From the IMG/VR virus record IMGVR_UViG_3300027770_000038, positions 32,001-96,000 of that record: a DNA stretch of 64,000 nt. One strand, written 5' to 3'. The notes beneath the pieces were generated by a model that worked only from the letters and a program-made list of their open reading frames with translations, had not been told where the DNA came from and made no database searches. Positions 1 through 7,815 of the stretch are shown one piece after another. This stretch comes from a virus (Duplodnaviria; Caudoviricetes). The translations under genes and the position numbers were made by a program. How positions within the stretch are numbered: position 1 is the first letter of the stretch; every line of letters starts with the position of its first letter.

Positions 1-2
1 TC

Positions 3-98
3 AAAAACGCCCAATTTAATATAAAAAACCAGCCGTCAGAACAGTCAAACGAGTGGCCTTTGCCTTCGAAAAACGGAGAGAAACGTTTACAAAGATAA
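3..98 (+). CDS. possible 3' end of a gene entering the window
   Basis: Open frame KNAQFNIK...EKRLQR* ends at TAA 96-98 and converges on the 115..468 gene. Confidence 0.35.
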   Translation, partial: KNAQFNIKNQPSEQSNEWPLPSKNGEKRLQR

Positions 99-114
99 TT
101 TTCTAGCTTTACAT

Positions 115-468
115 TCATGTTCTTTCAGATAGGTCTTCAATTATTGCTTCTGAGGTGTCCCATTTAAGATACTTTTCTAAAGCCATTATATCAAATAATT
201 CATCTTTCGCCCAAAGAACTTCTTTGTAGTCCCCTAGAGTAGATTCTCTGTCACTTATGGAGCCCATGACAGCGCAAGAAGTATAATTATAAGCAAAATC
301 AAGAGTAAAATACTGATCTTCTGTTTCGCCTTTCCAAATTTCGACCAACAGTTCCAGTTTTGTGTTAAAGAATTTCTCTACTAAGCAAAGTCGATCAACC
401 TTTAGGCCTCTCATGTACTCAGAAGGATCTTCTTTTCGTGCTTTACTATTACTTGTGGATTTATCCAT
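115..468 (-). CDS. hypothetical protein
   Basis: 117-aa ORF, co-oriented with its neighbours; no recognised motif. Confidence 0.6.
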   Translation of the reverse strand: MDKSTSNSKARKEDPSEYMRGLKVDRLCLVEKFFNTKLELLVEIWKGETEDQYFTLDFAYNYTSCAVMGSISDRESTLGDYKEVLWAKDELFDIMALEKYLKWDTSEAIIEDLSERT

Positions 469-1076
469 ACTTTATGACCTTTTTCTTTTGCTTTTAAACA
501 GAAGCCAACGTCTTCCATGCAGAAGTCGTGAGCGTTACCAATATTAAAGAAGATCGGCTGGAACCAAGGATAATCCAAACTCTCAAATACGCCTTTCTTA
601 ATTAGTATAAAACCAAAACCAGTGTAGTCAGCTACGAAGGGTTTTGTTTCGCCTACTATATCTTCTCTCTCAACGAACTTAAAGTAACCATTTTTTTCAA
701 AAAACTTTTCGTCCCAATCCACAACAGTCGCAAACTTTTTGGGTTCTCTTGAGCCGTCTGCCATTAAGTATAATCCAGACGCAATATCAACCTCCATCTG
801 AAGAAGTTTAATAAAGTCTTCAGGTTTGAAGATGATATCAGAGTCTATCCATAACATGTAATCATAATCGAGCTTTCCGCCCCAAGGCTTTTGCTGCTTG
901 CCAGCTTGGACGTTGCCGCCGACGCACATGTTCCTAACATAGTAAATATTACATGATTCTTTCCTTGACAGGAAGACGGTAATTCCATTGTGGAGGCACC
1001 AATGGTAAAATTCAATGAATGAGTCAAAAAAAGACCCGGAAAAACTGTTTCCGGGCATACAAATAACTAACTTCAT
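411..1076 (-). CDS. GT-A fold (GT2-like) glycosyltransferase
   Basis: DxD motif WIDSDI, TGFGF, and C-terminal EDVGFC...H typical of phage GT2-like proteins. Confidence 0.75.
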   Translation of the reverse strand: MKLVICMPGNSFSGSFFDSFIEFYHWCLHNGITVFLSRKESCNIYYVRNMCVGGNVQAGKQQKPWGGKLDYDYMLWIDSDIIFKPEDFIKLLQMEVDIASGLYLMADGSREPKKFATVVDWDEKFFEKNGYFKFVEREDIVGETKPFVADYTGFGFILIKKGVFESLDYPWFQPIFFNIGNAHDFCMEDVGFCLKAKEKGHKVWINPQVIVKHEKKILLST

Positions 1077-1083
1077 AAAATAA

Positions 1084-1230
1084 TCACTTCTTCGGCTTCT
1101 TCTTTTCTTGATTTAGGCAGACGGCGACACGCTGCTTTGGGTTTGGAAATTCGTTCTTTGGAACTTCGCTCATGCAACGCTCCATGAATTTCTTTGCGTC
1201 TTCGTTCTTGCGTTTGTTTGGTACGGGCAT
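1084..1230 (-). CDS. small conserved-type phage protein (48 aa, not in ORF track)
   Basis: MPVPNKRKNEDAKKFMERCMSEVPKNEFPNPKQRVAVCLNQEKKKPKK*, tightly packed between neighbours. Confidence 0.7.
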   Translation of the reverse strand: MPVPNKRKNEDAKKFMERCMSEVPKNEFPNPKQRVAVCLNQEKKKPKK

Positions 1231-1231
1231 A

Positions 1232-1393
1232 TTATTTGATTTTAATTTTTAACTGTAAATTTTTGTTTGATTTTTCTTGAATGTAATCTTTAGCTGCTAT
1301 CTTCCCTTCTTTAGTATATGGAAAAGCTCCATATGTGTAATTGTTTTTGTTTGAGATTATCATGTAGAATTTTTCTCTTTTTAGTTTTGGCAT
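1232..1393 (-). CDS. small basic hypothetical protein (53 aa, not in ORF track)
   Basis: MPKLKREKFYMIISNKNNYTYGAFPYTKEGKIAAKDYIQEKSNKNLQLKIKIK*; its stop lies 1 nt before the next ATG. Confidence 0.65.
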   Translation of the reverse strand: MPKLKREKFYMIISNKNNYTYGAFPYTKEGKIAAKDYIQEKSNKNLQLKIKIK

Positions 1394-1644
1394 TTTTTAT
1401 CCTTTATTTTATCAATCCTAGACAAAATTTCGGTAATCTTGTCTTCCTCTATCCTTTTTCTAGCCAAAAAGACTTCAAGATTTTTATAAAGAGATTCCAA
1501 CTTTTTTTCTCTTGCTAAAGAAAATCCTTTTCGTTCAATTCTATCTATTTCATCGAGAACTTCAGCGGTCTTATTAATCCACCAAGCAGTAGTTTCCTGA
1601 AGTAAAAGAGCATCTTCAAAAATCTTATTTTCTTCAGCAGTCAT
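1381..1644 (-). CDS. hypothetical coiled-coil protein
   Basis: 87-aa charged helical ORF preceded by a GTGTAA motif. Confidence 0.6.
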   Translation of the reverse strand: MTAEENKIFEDALLLQETTAWWINKTAEVLDEIDRIERKGFSLAREKKLESLYKNLEVFLARKRIEEDKITEILSRIDKIKDKKCQN

Positions 1645-1684
1645 CTCAGCTATATATTATATTACACATTCTATTTTATCATGT

Positions 1685-2344
1685 TTATTTGGCTAGTTCT
1701 GGCTCAACCTTGAACTCATAATGCATAAGCTCTTCATCGCCAGCAGTCCACTTGTGAGCTAGCCCTTCGCAAGAGAATTCTTGGCTGAAAGGTCTCCATG
1801 TTTTTGACTCTGGAGGTAACGATGATCCAATGAAAGCTCCTGAATCGCGCCAGACTATTCTATTGTTTGGTTGAGCGAACATCTGCCCGCCTTCACCCCA
1901 AAAAATATGAGCGCACTTGTGCCCGCTTGAGATTTCAGAGTATCCTAAATTATAATCCTCTCCATTGCACCAATCAATCGTAAAAGCGTACTTAGCTACA
2001 TGTTTGCTTTTATCTTTAAGCAGCATATAAGCTGAAGCGTTTTTAAGATAATCAAATCGGTGTACTGAAAAATAATAACTAAAACAATCCCAAAGTTGAA
2101 TCCAATGCAACTCAAAATTTGTTTGAGGCTCAAAAGTCTTTGATAAGTAATGAATTGGAACTCTAGCAAACTGCGCCCCGAATTCACTCATTACATTAAA
2201 TAGCAAGCATCTTCTAGAAATTGAAACCACTGAGAATATTTCTACAGGAATCCATTCTCCAGTTGTTCTTGGCAGTGAGTCGTTAAGGAACGAGGTATCT
2301 AAATATGCTGTTTGAGTTGGTATTGATGTAGTTAAATAAGCCAT
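1685..2344 (-). CDS. conserved-type phage hypothetical protein
   Basis: 219-aa ORF (MAYL..., QLWDCFSY, HKCAH, QPNNRI); function unknown. Confidence 0.7.
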   Translation of the reverse strand: MAYLTTSIPTQTAYLDTSFLNDSLPRTTGEWIPVEIFSVVSISRRCLLFNVMSEFGAQFARVPIHYLSKTFEPQTNFELHWIQLWDCFSYYFSVHRFDYLKNASAYMLLKDKSKHVAKYAFTIDWCNGEDYNLGYSEISSGHKCAHIFWGEGGQMFAQPNNRIVWRDSGAFIGSSLPPESKTWRPFSQEFSCEGLAHKWTAGDEELMHYEFKVEPELAK

Positions 2345-2372
2345 AAAAACAAAACCCCGCCCGTAGGCGGGG
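2345..2372 (-). terminator. intrinsic terminator after hsp20
   Basis: Hairpin CCCCGCC-tacg-GGCGGGG followed by TTTTGTTTTT on the minus strand, 6 nt after the hsp20 stop. Confidence 0.8.
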
Positions 2373-2378
2373 AGTAAC

Positions 2379-2720
2379 TTAAGTTACTTTTACTTTCTTC
2401 GGTTGGTAAGCTCCTTTTACAGGAACAGATAGCGTAAGCAGTCCATTCTCAGCGGAGGCTTTCAAAAGAGAAGCGTCCGCTGCGGTAGGAATCCACAGCG
2501 AGGCTTCAGCTTTTCTTTTTCCATTGGACGCTTTAATAGCAACCAAATCACCAATTTCATTTTCTCTCTTAACGGTAATATCTAGATCTTCTTTCGCAAA
2601 ACCGGGTACTTCGATTTCGGAAACATATTCTCCACTCATCTTATCTAAGATGAAAGAGTCTTTATTATAAAGATCTAGTTTTTGAGTTTTCCCATCATTT
2701 GTTTGAATATAGTATATCAT
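2379..2720 (-). CDS. small heat shock protein (Hsp20/alpha-crystallin)
   Basis: EIEVPGFAKEDLDITV and ASAENGLLTLSVP alpha-crystallin motifs. Confidence 0.85.
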   Translation of the reverse strand: MIYYIQTNDGKTQKLDLYNKDSFILDKMSGEYVSEIEVPGFAKEDLDITVKRENEIGDLVAIKASNGKRKAEASLWIPTAADASLLKASAENGLLTLSVPVKGAYQPKKVKVT

Positions 2721-2734
2721 AAACAGTTTCCTTT

Positions 2735-2751
2735 AGCAAGAATCATGCCAA
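2735..2751 (-). promoter_or_regulatory. sigma-54 (-24/-12) promoter of hsp20
   Basis: Minus strand reads TTGGCATGATTCTTGCT, matching TGGCAY-N5-TTGCW with GG-N10-GC spacing. Confidence 0.75.
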
Positions 2752-2780
2752 CCTTAAAACCCGCCTTTTTACTGCTTATT

Positions 2781-2819
2781 TGAGACATTCTGAGACAAAA
2801 TTGGCTGTCACAGTGACAG
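2781..2819. promoter_or_regulatory. putative activator binding sites upstream of the sigma-54 promoter
   Basis: Direct repeat TGAGACA (2781, 2791; 10-bp period) and palindrome CTGTCAC-A-GTGACAG (2805-2819). Confidence 0.55.
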
Positions 2820-2821
2820 AG

Positions 2822-3307
2822 TTACACGCCCGTGCTTCCAAATCCGCCCGTTCTTTCGGTTGTAGACAAGGATTCAACTTGCTGCCAATCAATAGCGTGA
2901 TACTTTTCAATAATTAACTGAGCAATTCGATCTCCAGCTTTAATATTAAAATCAAAATTTGAACCAGCAATATTTGGAGTAAGTCCCATCATGCTTGCGA
3001 GATCAATACTCAAATTCATTAAGACGACTTTAACTTCTCCACGATAACTAGAATCTACAACTCCAGCAAGGACATCAATGCCATTCTTAACTGCTAGACC
3101 ACTACGAGGAGCAATTCTCGCGTAGTATCCTTCGGGCACTTCGATTGAAAGACCAGTGCTAACGAGAGCGCGACTCATCGGTTTAACCCTAACGTTTTCA
3201 GTCGCGTAGAGGTCATAACCTGCGTCTCCAGTCTTTTGGCGAGTTGGAGTAATCGCTAGATTATTCAGCTTTACGAATTTAACAGGAACTATTGATTCTA
3301 TAGCCAT
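2822..3307 (-). CDS. dut: trimeric dUTPase
   Basis: All five motifs present: AGYDL, RSGLA, GVVDSSYRGE, GDRIAQL, RTGGFGSTG. Confidence 0.95.
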   Translation of the reverse strand: MAIESIVPVKFVKLNNLAITPTRQKTGDAGYDLYATENVRVKPMSRALVSTGLSIEVPEGYYARIAPRSGLAVKNGIDVLAGVVDSSYRGEVKVVLMNLSIDLASMMGLTPNIAGSNFDFNIKAGDRIAQLIIEKYHAIDWQQVESLSTTERTGGFGSTGV

Positions 3308-3756
3308 GATTGTAAATGAGATTTGATCTTGGAGATGTTTTCTTCTTTTAGCTCTTGGTAATGAATTTTATAAAAATCAAATACTTCTTTGAATTTATTG
3401 CATTGCTCGTATTCTTTGATATAGAATACTCTTTGGATCTCATGAGCAACTATGTCCTTGGCGCAAGCAAAGCAAGGAGAAATTGTCAAGCATATGCTCT
3501 CTGCCTCTCCTTTCCTTATCAATGACAAGGCGTTAGTCTCCGCATGAATCATTATTTCTCGCTTCTTCGGACGATTCTCTTCCTTCTTCATCCACTCTTT
3601 GACAGCGAACCCTTTTTTCAATCCGTTGTAGCCGGTTGAAATGACCCTTCCCTCTTTATTTAGAATGCAAGCTCCGACTTTGGTGTGAGGGTCTTCGCTT
3701 CTAGACGAAGCAGCAAGGGCCATCATGCAACCATATTCGTGCCAAGAAAGTCTCAT
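3298..3756 (-). CDS. dCMP deaminase
   Basis: HAE and PCxxC zinc motifs, RSEDPHTKVGAC; likely start at ATG 3756 (MRLSW) rather than 3840. Confidence 0.9.
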   Translation of the reverse strand: MRLSWHEYGCMMALAASSRSEDPHTKVGACILNKEGRVISTGYNGLKKGFAVKEWMKKEENRPKKREIMIHAETNALSLIRKGEAESICLTISPCFACAKDIVAHEIQRVFYIKEYEQCNKFKEVFDFYKIHYQELKEENISKIKSHLQSWL

Positions 3757-3763
3757 GGATAAT

Positions 3764-3792
3764 ATTGTCGCAAATCGGCAAAGAAAAGTCAA
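3764..3792 (-). promoter_or_regulatory. sigma-70-type promoter for dCMP deaminase/dUTPase
   Basis: TTGACT-17-GACAAT, ending 7 nt before ATG 3756. Confidence 0.55.
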
Positions 3793-3833
3793 GTTTATTT
3801 GGAGCTTTTTCTGGCATTCTTCTATTATTAAAT

Positions 3834-4250
3834 ATGACAATTTCAGATGCGTCTACAAAATTATATCAATGGTACTTTCAGAATGATAGTTTCTGTGAGA
3901 ACGATTTCACTAAACTGCTTACCATTTCAGAAAACCCAGAATCTGAAAGGGCTTGCGTGTTGTGTGCGCTTGAGGAATTTGAGAAGAACGGGATCGTAAA
4001 AAAGGCTAGTTTTAAAAATAATAATTATTGGATTCTCTCTAAGAAGTTTGACGCATACGAACAAAGCGTGACCATCTCTCCCAAAACTTCTTTTGTCATC
4101 TCGGAAGTAATCAATTCTTACTGCTCTCTGATTGAAAATGAATCTGAAAGATGCAACCCAATTTCGATCAGCGAGAAGGACATCAAGAACCTTCTGGTAA
4201 TTTTCAACGACTTGCGCGAAAAAACTTTTGACAAAACCAAGACCTCATGA
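3834..4250 (+). CDS. hypothetical protein
   Basis: ORF track gives 3765..4250; the more likely start is ATG 3834 (MTISDAS). Confidence 0.65.
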   Translation: MTISDASTKLYQWYFQNDSFCENDFTKLLTISENPESERACVLCALEEFEKNGIVKKASFKNNNYWILSKKFDAYEQSVTISPKTSFVISEVINSYCSLIENESERCNPISISEKDIKNLLVIFNDLREKTFDKTKTS

Positions 4251-4257
4251 CTAGGAT
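4228..4257 (+). promoter_or_regulatory. sigma-70-type promoter driving the non-coding segment
   Basis: TTGACA-18-TAGGAT, with the -10 box inside the inverted repeat ACCTCAT-N7-ATGAGGT (4242-4262). Confidence 0.6.
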
Positions 4258-4262
4258 GAGGT

Positions 4263-4690
4263 AGTTCTTTATCTGGGTGAACAGCCTACTGGGGACATCC
4301 CAGTTCAAACGCATCAGAGACATCAGGCCCGTAAAAAGACCCTAGTCAACTGGATCTAAGAAATCCAACGCCATTTCGGGAAAAGGCGACGTTCCGCAAG
4401 GAGAAGACTTTGAAAAAGCTGAAACCTCATTTTTCTCAAAAGAAAAAGCTGGCAGTTCCGTCCTAAGAGAAATCCCACCCGCAAAGGTAAAGAACTTAAA
4501 CAAAGAGTTAGTCATTAGCTAGGCTCTCTTGAGAGGGCCGAAAATCTGATAAACAGACTGCGAAGGATTGAAATGGGTAACTCTTGATTATTTTGAAATC
4601 TCTATTTTAATTTAGAGATGACAAGCCTTTCCTATTTTAACTCAAAGAAAAATCATAAAGCTGGCAGTTCCTTTTACAAACCAGCCTTTC
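4263..4690 (+). ncRNA. candidate large structured non-coding RNA
   Basis: No ORF of 60 aa or more. Long-range stems 4263-4279/4476-4496 and 4503-4516/4572-4585, many local hairpins, a closing hairpin at 4657-4689, and a start at the predicted TSS. Confidence 0.65.
4445..4671 (+). repeat. 15-nt direct repeat AAAGCTGGCAGTTCC
   Basis: Exact copies at 4445-4459 and 4657-4671. Confidence 0.9.
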
Positions 4691-4709
4691 TTAAATACTA
4701 TATTTTACT

Positions 4710-5342
4710 ATGTCTAACCAGTTTCTAGGTATTGCAGGTGTTGCTACTGTCGGTAAGGATACTTACTATAAATTACTAAAAGAAATTTGCTTAGAAGACT
4801 TTGGAGTAAACGTAGTTAGATTTTCTTTGGCAGATTCTTTAAAAAAAGACTTGTTCTCTTTTATCTTAGAAAAATACAATGTTGATATTTTTAATTGCTC
4901 TACTGAAGACAAAAACAAAGTAAGACATGAGTTAGTAAATCACGCAAGGACAATGCGGCAAAATACTAAAGGTAGGTATTGGATAGAAAAGCTTCAGTCT
5001 GAAATCGAAGCTTATAAAAAATCTGAAAATTTTAAACAGTCAGATATTTTTTGTGTAACTGATATTAGACACTTCGAATATCCTAGCGATGAAGTCGTCT
5101 GGTTAAAGGAAGAAAATAAAGGGTTTTTAATTTATGTTGAAAAATTTTTTGAAGACGGTTCAGTTTGCGCTCCTGCAAACGATGATGAGAGAAGAAATGA
5201 TCCTTTTCTTAGAAAAAATGCTGATCATTCTCTTTGTTGGAGGCATGGATGGCCTGAAAAATATTTAAAAGATTTAGTCAAAAAGACCCTTGACATTTCT
5301 ATAAAAAAAGGTAAGCTTTATACACATGATAGAATCAACTGA
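4710..5342 (+). CDS. deoxynucleoside monophosphate kinase-like P-loop protein
   Basis: GIAGVATVGKDT P-loop, SLADSLK, VTDIR motifs of phage dNMP kinases. Confidence 0.75.
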   Translation: MSNQFLGIAGVATVGKDTYYKLLKEICLEDFGVNVVRFSLADSLKKDLFSFILEKYNVDIFNCSTEDKNKVRHELVNHARTMRQNTKGRYWIEKLQSEIEAYKKSENFKQSDIFCVTDIRHFEYPSDEVVWLKEENKGFLIYVEKFFEDGSVCAPANDDERRNDPFLRKNADHSLCWRHGWPEKYLKDLVKKTLDISIKKGKLYTHDRIN

Positions 5343-5913
5343 CAACGAACTTGTAACAAAGGTAAAACTTCATCAATGCAACCAATCATTAAAAACTCTT
5401 ATAGAAAGGCATTCTCCTCTTTGTTTTGACATCTTTAAGAAGTATAATAAAATTCTTCAAGAAAGGGGGATAAGCCCAGAAGATCTTGTCAATGAAAAAG
5501 ATTACATTATTTATAAATGTACTCTTAATTTTGATGAAAATCAGAACAGTAAGTTTTCGACTTGGCTGGCTAATCATGTTAAATACAAATGTTTAACAAA
5601 CATTACAAAACACAAATGGACAATTTCTCTTGATGATGAAAATCAAAAGACATTAGCAGCAAATCTCTGTCAGCAGTCGAATGATTTTGAAGAAAAAAAA
5701 GATTATATCTTTAATCTACTTTGTCAAATGAAAGACAAAAGACTTGAAAAGATAATCCTGTTAAGATATTACGGAGACAAGTCCTCTCGCAAATGGAAGA
5801 ATATATCAAAAGAACTTGGAGTCACATATCAGACAGCAATCACTTTGCACAAAAAAGCTCTTGAATTTTTAAAGACTAAAATTGAGAGCAAAGAGATGCA
5901 AGATTTTGTATAA
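5326..5913 (+). CDS. phage RNA polymerase sigma factor (sigma-70 family)
   Basis: Region 2 (FDENQNSKFSTWL) and region 4 HTH (WKNISKELGVTYQTAITLHKKAL); TTGACA-16-TAAGCT just upstream. Confidence 0.8.
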   Translation: MIESTDNELVTKVKLHQCNQSLKTLIERHSPLCFDIFKKYNKILQERGISPEDLVNEKDYIIYKCTLNFDENQNSKFSTWLANHVKYKCLTNITKHKWTISLDDENQKTLAANLCQQSNDFEEKKDYIFNLLCQMKDKRLEKIILLRYYGDKSSRKWKNISKELGVTYQTAITLHKKALEFLKTKIESKEMQDFV

Positions 5914-5963
5914 ATTGTCTTTACTTTTCCTTCGCGAGGAGCTAGTATTTATTTGCATAAATT

Positions 5964-6335
5964 ATGCCTACTCCTACTCCTAATACTAGCAATACTGAAA
6001 GCAATACAATTCGACGAGAACTTGGCGCACTTTGGAGCCGTAAAGGCTCTAGTGGTTCTGAGTATCTAACCGGGAAATTCCGCCTTAAGGACATCAAGGA
6101 TAACTTTGATGAAGTTAAGATTATTGTTTTCCCAAATAACAAGAAGAAGAACGATGGCTCTCCTGATTTTCAGATCTTTATGGAGAAGGCCCAATATGAA
6201 ACCCTCACTGGAACTCAAGGCGCTCCTGCTTCTGAACCCGCTCCAGCAGCAAAGACTCTCCCTCGCGTAGCAACGGTTAAGCCATTTCCAAAGGCCGCAG
6301 TTAGTCAAGTTAGCGCAGATGATGATTTGATCTAA
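5964..6335 (+). CDS. putative ssDNA-binding protein (DUF736-like)
   Basis: LGALW...YLTG...FPNNKK...PDF core, Pro/Ala linker and acidic-hydrophobic tail DDDLI. Confidence 0.55.
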   Translation: MPTPTPNTSNTESNTIRRELGALWSRKGSSGSEYLTGKFRLKDIKDNFDEVKIIVFPNNKKKNDGSPDFQIFMEKAQYETLTGTQGAPASEPAPAAKTLPRVATVKPFPKAAVSQVSADDDLI

Positions 6336-6336
6336 T

Positions 6337-7416
6337 ATGAAATTTGCCTTACATCTTCCAGTAAATTCGACCAGCTTTGGTCAGGTTTCTATTCAGCTTC
6401 TTAAAGAGATCTATTCTTTGAAGTTGGAGCCGTCATTATTTATGATTGGCGCTCCTGACTTCGGGCAGGAAGAGATTACGGAAGATTTTAAGAACTGGTT
6501 TAATTCTTGTTTGAAGAAAGGTCTTCGATATCATTCAAGAAAAGATCCAATTTTTAAATTATGGCATATTAATGGTTCGCTTGAGTCTTATAGTGACAGG
6601 CAATTTCTCCTTACGTTCCACGAACTTGATGCCCTCACTCAGGCTGAAATTAATATCTTAAAAAATAATGACAAGGTATTAGTTTCCTCTCCTTATTCTG
6701 TGAAGGTATTCAACGAGCATGGGGTAGGTAATACTTCTTATCTGCCCCTGTTCTTTGATGCAAAGAATTTTAAAGCCACAAACAAAACGTATTTTAATGA
6801 CGGAAGGGTTACGTTTAATCTCTGTGGTAAGTTTGAAAAGCGCAAACATCATGTAAAAGCTATTCGTGCATGGGTCAATAAGTATGCAAACAATAGTAAT
6901 TATTCTTTGCAATGCGCTCTTTATAACAACTTCATTTCTCAAGAAGATAACACCAAGCTGATCAACATGGCGGTGGAAGGAAAGAAATTCTTTAATGTTA
7001 GTTTCTTCGGCCACATGGCTCAGACTAATCTTTACAATGAATTTCTAAATTCAGCAGATGTTATCCTTGGAGCTTCTGGCGGTGAAGGATGGGCTTTACC
7101 AGAGTTCCAATCTGTTGCAATCGGCAAGCATTCCGTAATTGTTAATGCTCACGCATATACTGCTTGGGCAAACGACAAGAACTCTGTTATGTTGCAAGCA
7201 TCTGGGAAGACTCCCGCTTATGACAATATGTTTTTCCATGAAGGACAAGAATTCAATCAAGGAAATATTTTTGAATGGTCTGAGGACGCTTTCATTGAAG
7301 GCTGCGAAAAAGCTATCGCCAGAGTCAAGCGAAGCAAAATAAACCAAGAAGGATTGAAGCTTCAGGAGCAGTTCACCGTCAAAAAAACCACGGACCAAAT
7401 TTTGTCTCTCTTTTAA
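6337..7416 (+). CDS. GT4-like (GT-B) glycosyltransferase
   Basis: GKFEKRK and EGWALPEFQS (EX7E-like) motifs. Confidence 0.75.
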   Translation: MKFALHLPVNSTSFGQVSIQLLKEIYSLKLEPSLFMIGAPDFGQEEITEDFKNWFNSCLKKGLRYHSRKDPIFKLWHINGSLESYSDRQFLLTFHELDALTQAEINILKNNDKVLVSSPYSVKVFNEHGVGNTSYLPLFFDAKNFKATNKTYFNDGRVTFNLCGKFEKRKHHVKAIRAWVNKYANNSNYSLQCALYNNFISQEDNTKLINMAVEGKKFFNVSFFGHMAQTNLYNEFLNSADVILGASGGEGWALPEFQSVAIGKHSVIVNAHAYTAWANDKNSVMLQASGKTPAYDNMFFHEGQEFNQGNIFEWSEDAFIEGCEKAIARVKRSKINQEGLKLQEQFTVKKTTDQILSLF

Positions 7417-7417
7417 T

Positions 7418-7762
7418 ATGCCTGTTTACATTTTTCAAAATCCCAAGACAAAAGAATACAAAGAAGTTTTTCTTTCGATTGACGCAGAGAAGGTCTACAG
7501 CGAAGGCGAGGTAAAATGGCAAAGGATTTTCCTATCTCCTAATGTAAGTGTAGATACTCAGATAGATGCAAACTCTGAGCAAGATTTTGTTGAAAAAACT
7601 AAGAGAAAGAATTATAATCTTGGTGAAATGTGGGATGCTTCGAAAGATCTTTCTGAAAAGAGAGAAAAAGAACGTGGAGTAGACCCTGTTAAAGAGAAGT
7701 CTCTAAAAGAATATTCCAAGAAACGTCGTGGCGCAAAGCACACGAACAGAGTCGTACTCTAA
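7418..7762 (+). CDS. FmdB-like protein lacking the zinc cysteines
   Basis: N-terminus MPVYIFQNPKTKEYKEVF resembles the FmdB MPxYxY-CxxC ribbon. Confidence 0.45.
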   Translation: MPVYIFQNPKTKEYKEVFLSIDAEKVYSEGEVKWQRIFLSPNVSVDTQIDANSEQDFVEKTKRKNYNLGEMWDASKDLSEKREKERGVDPVKEKSLKEYSKKRRGAKHTNRVVL

Positions 7763-7815
7763 TTTTTTTTGATTTCCCAAAGCAGTTTATTGTCAGTGTA
7801 ATTTATTATCCCTAT

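Noticed and set aside
4445-4671. CRISPR mini-array
   Set aside because: Only two 15-nt copies about 200 nt apart, and no cas operon
4263-4690. tmRNA, RNase P RNA, tRNA or self-splicing intron identity for the structured region
   Set aside because: No tRNA-like ends or T-loop/CCA, no GAGGAAAGUCC, no interrupted host gene, and no recognisable group I/II boundary motifs
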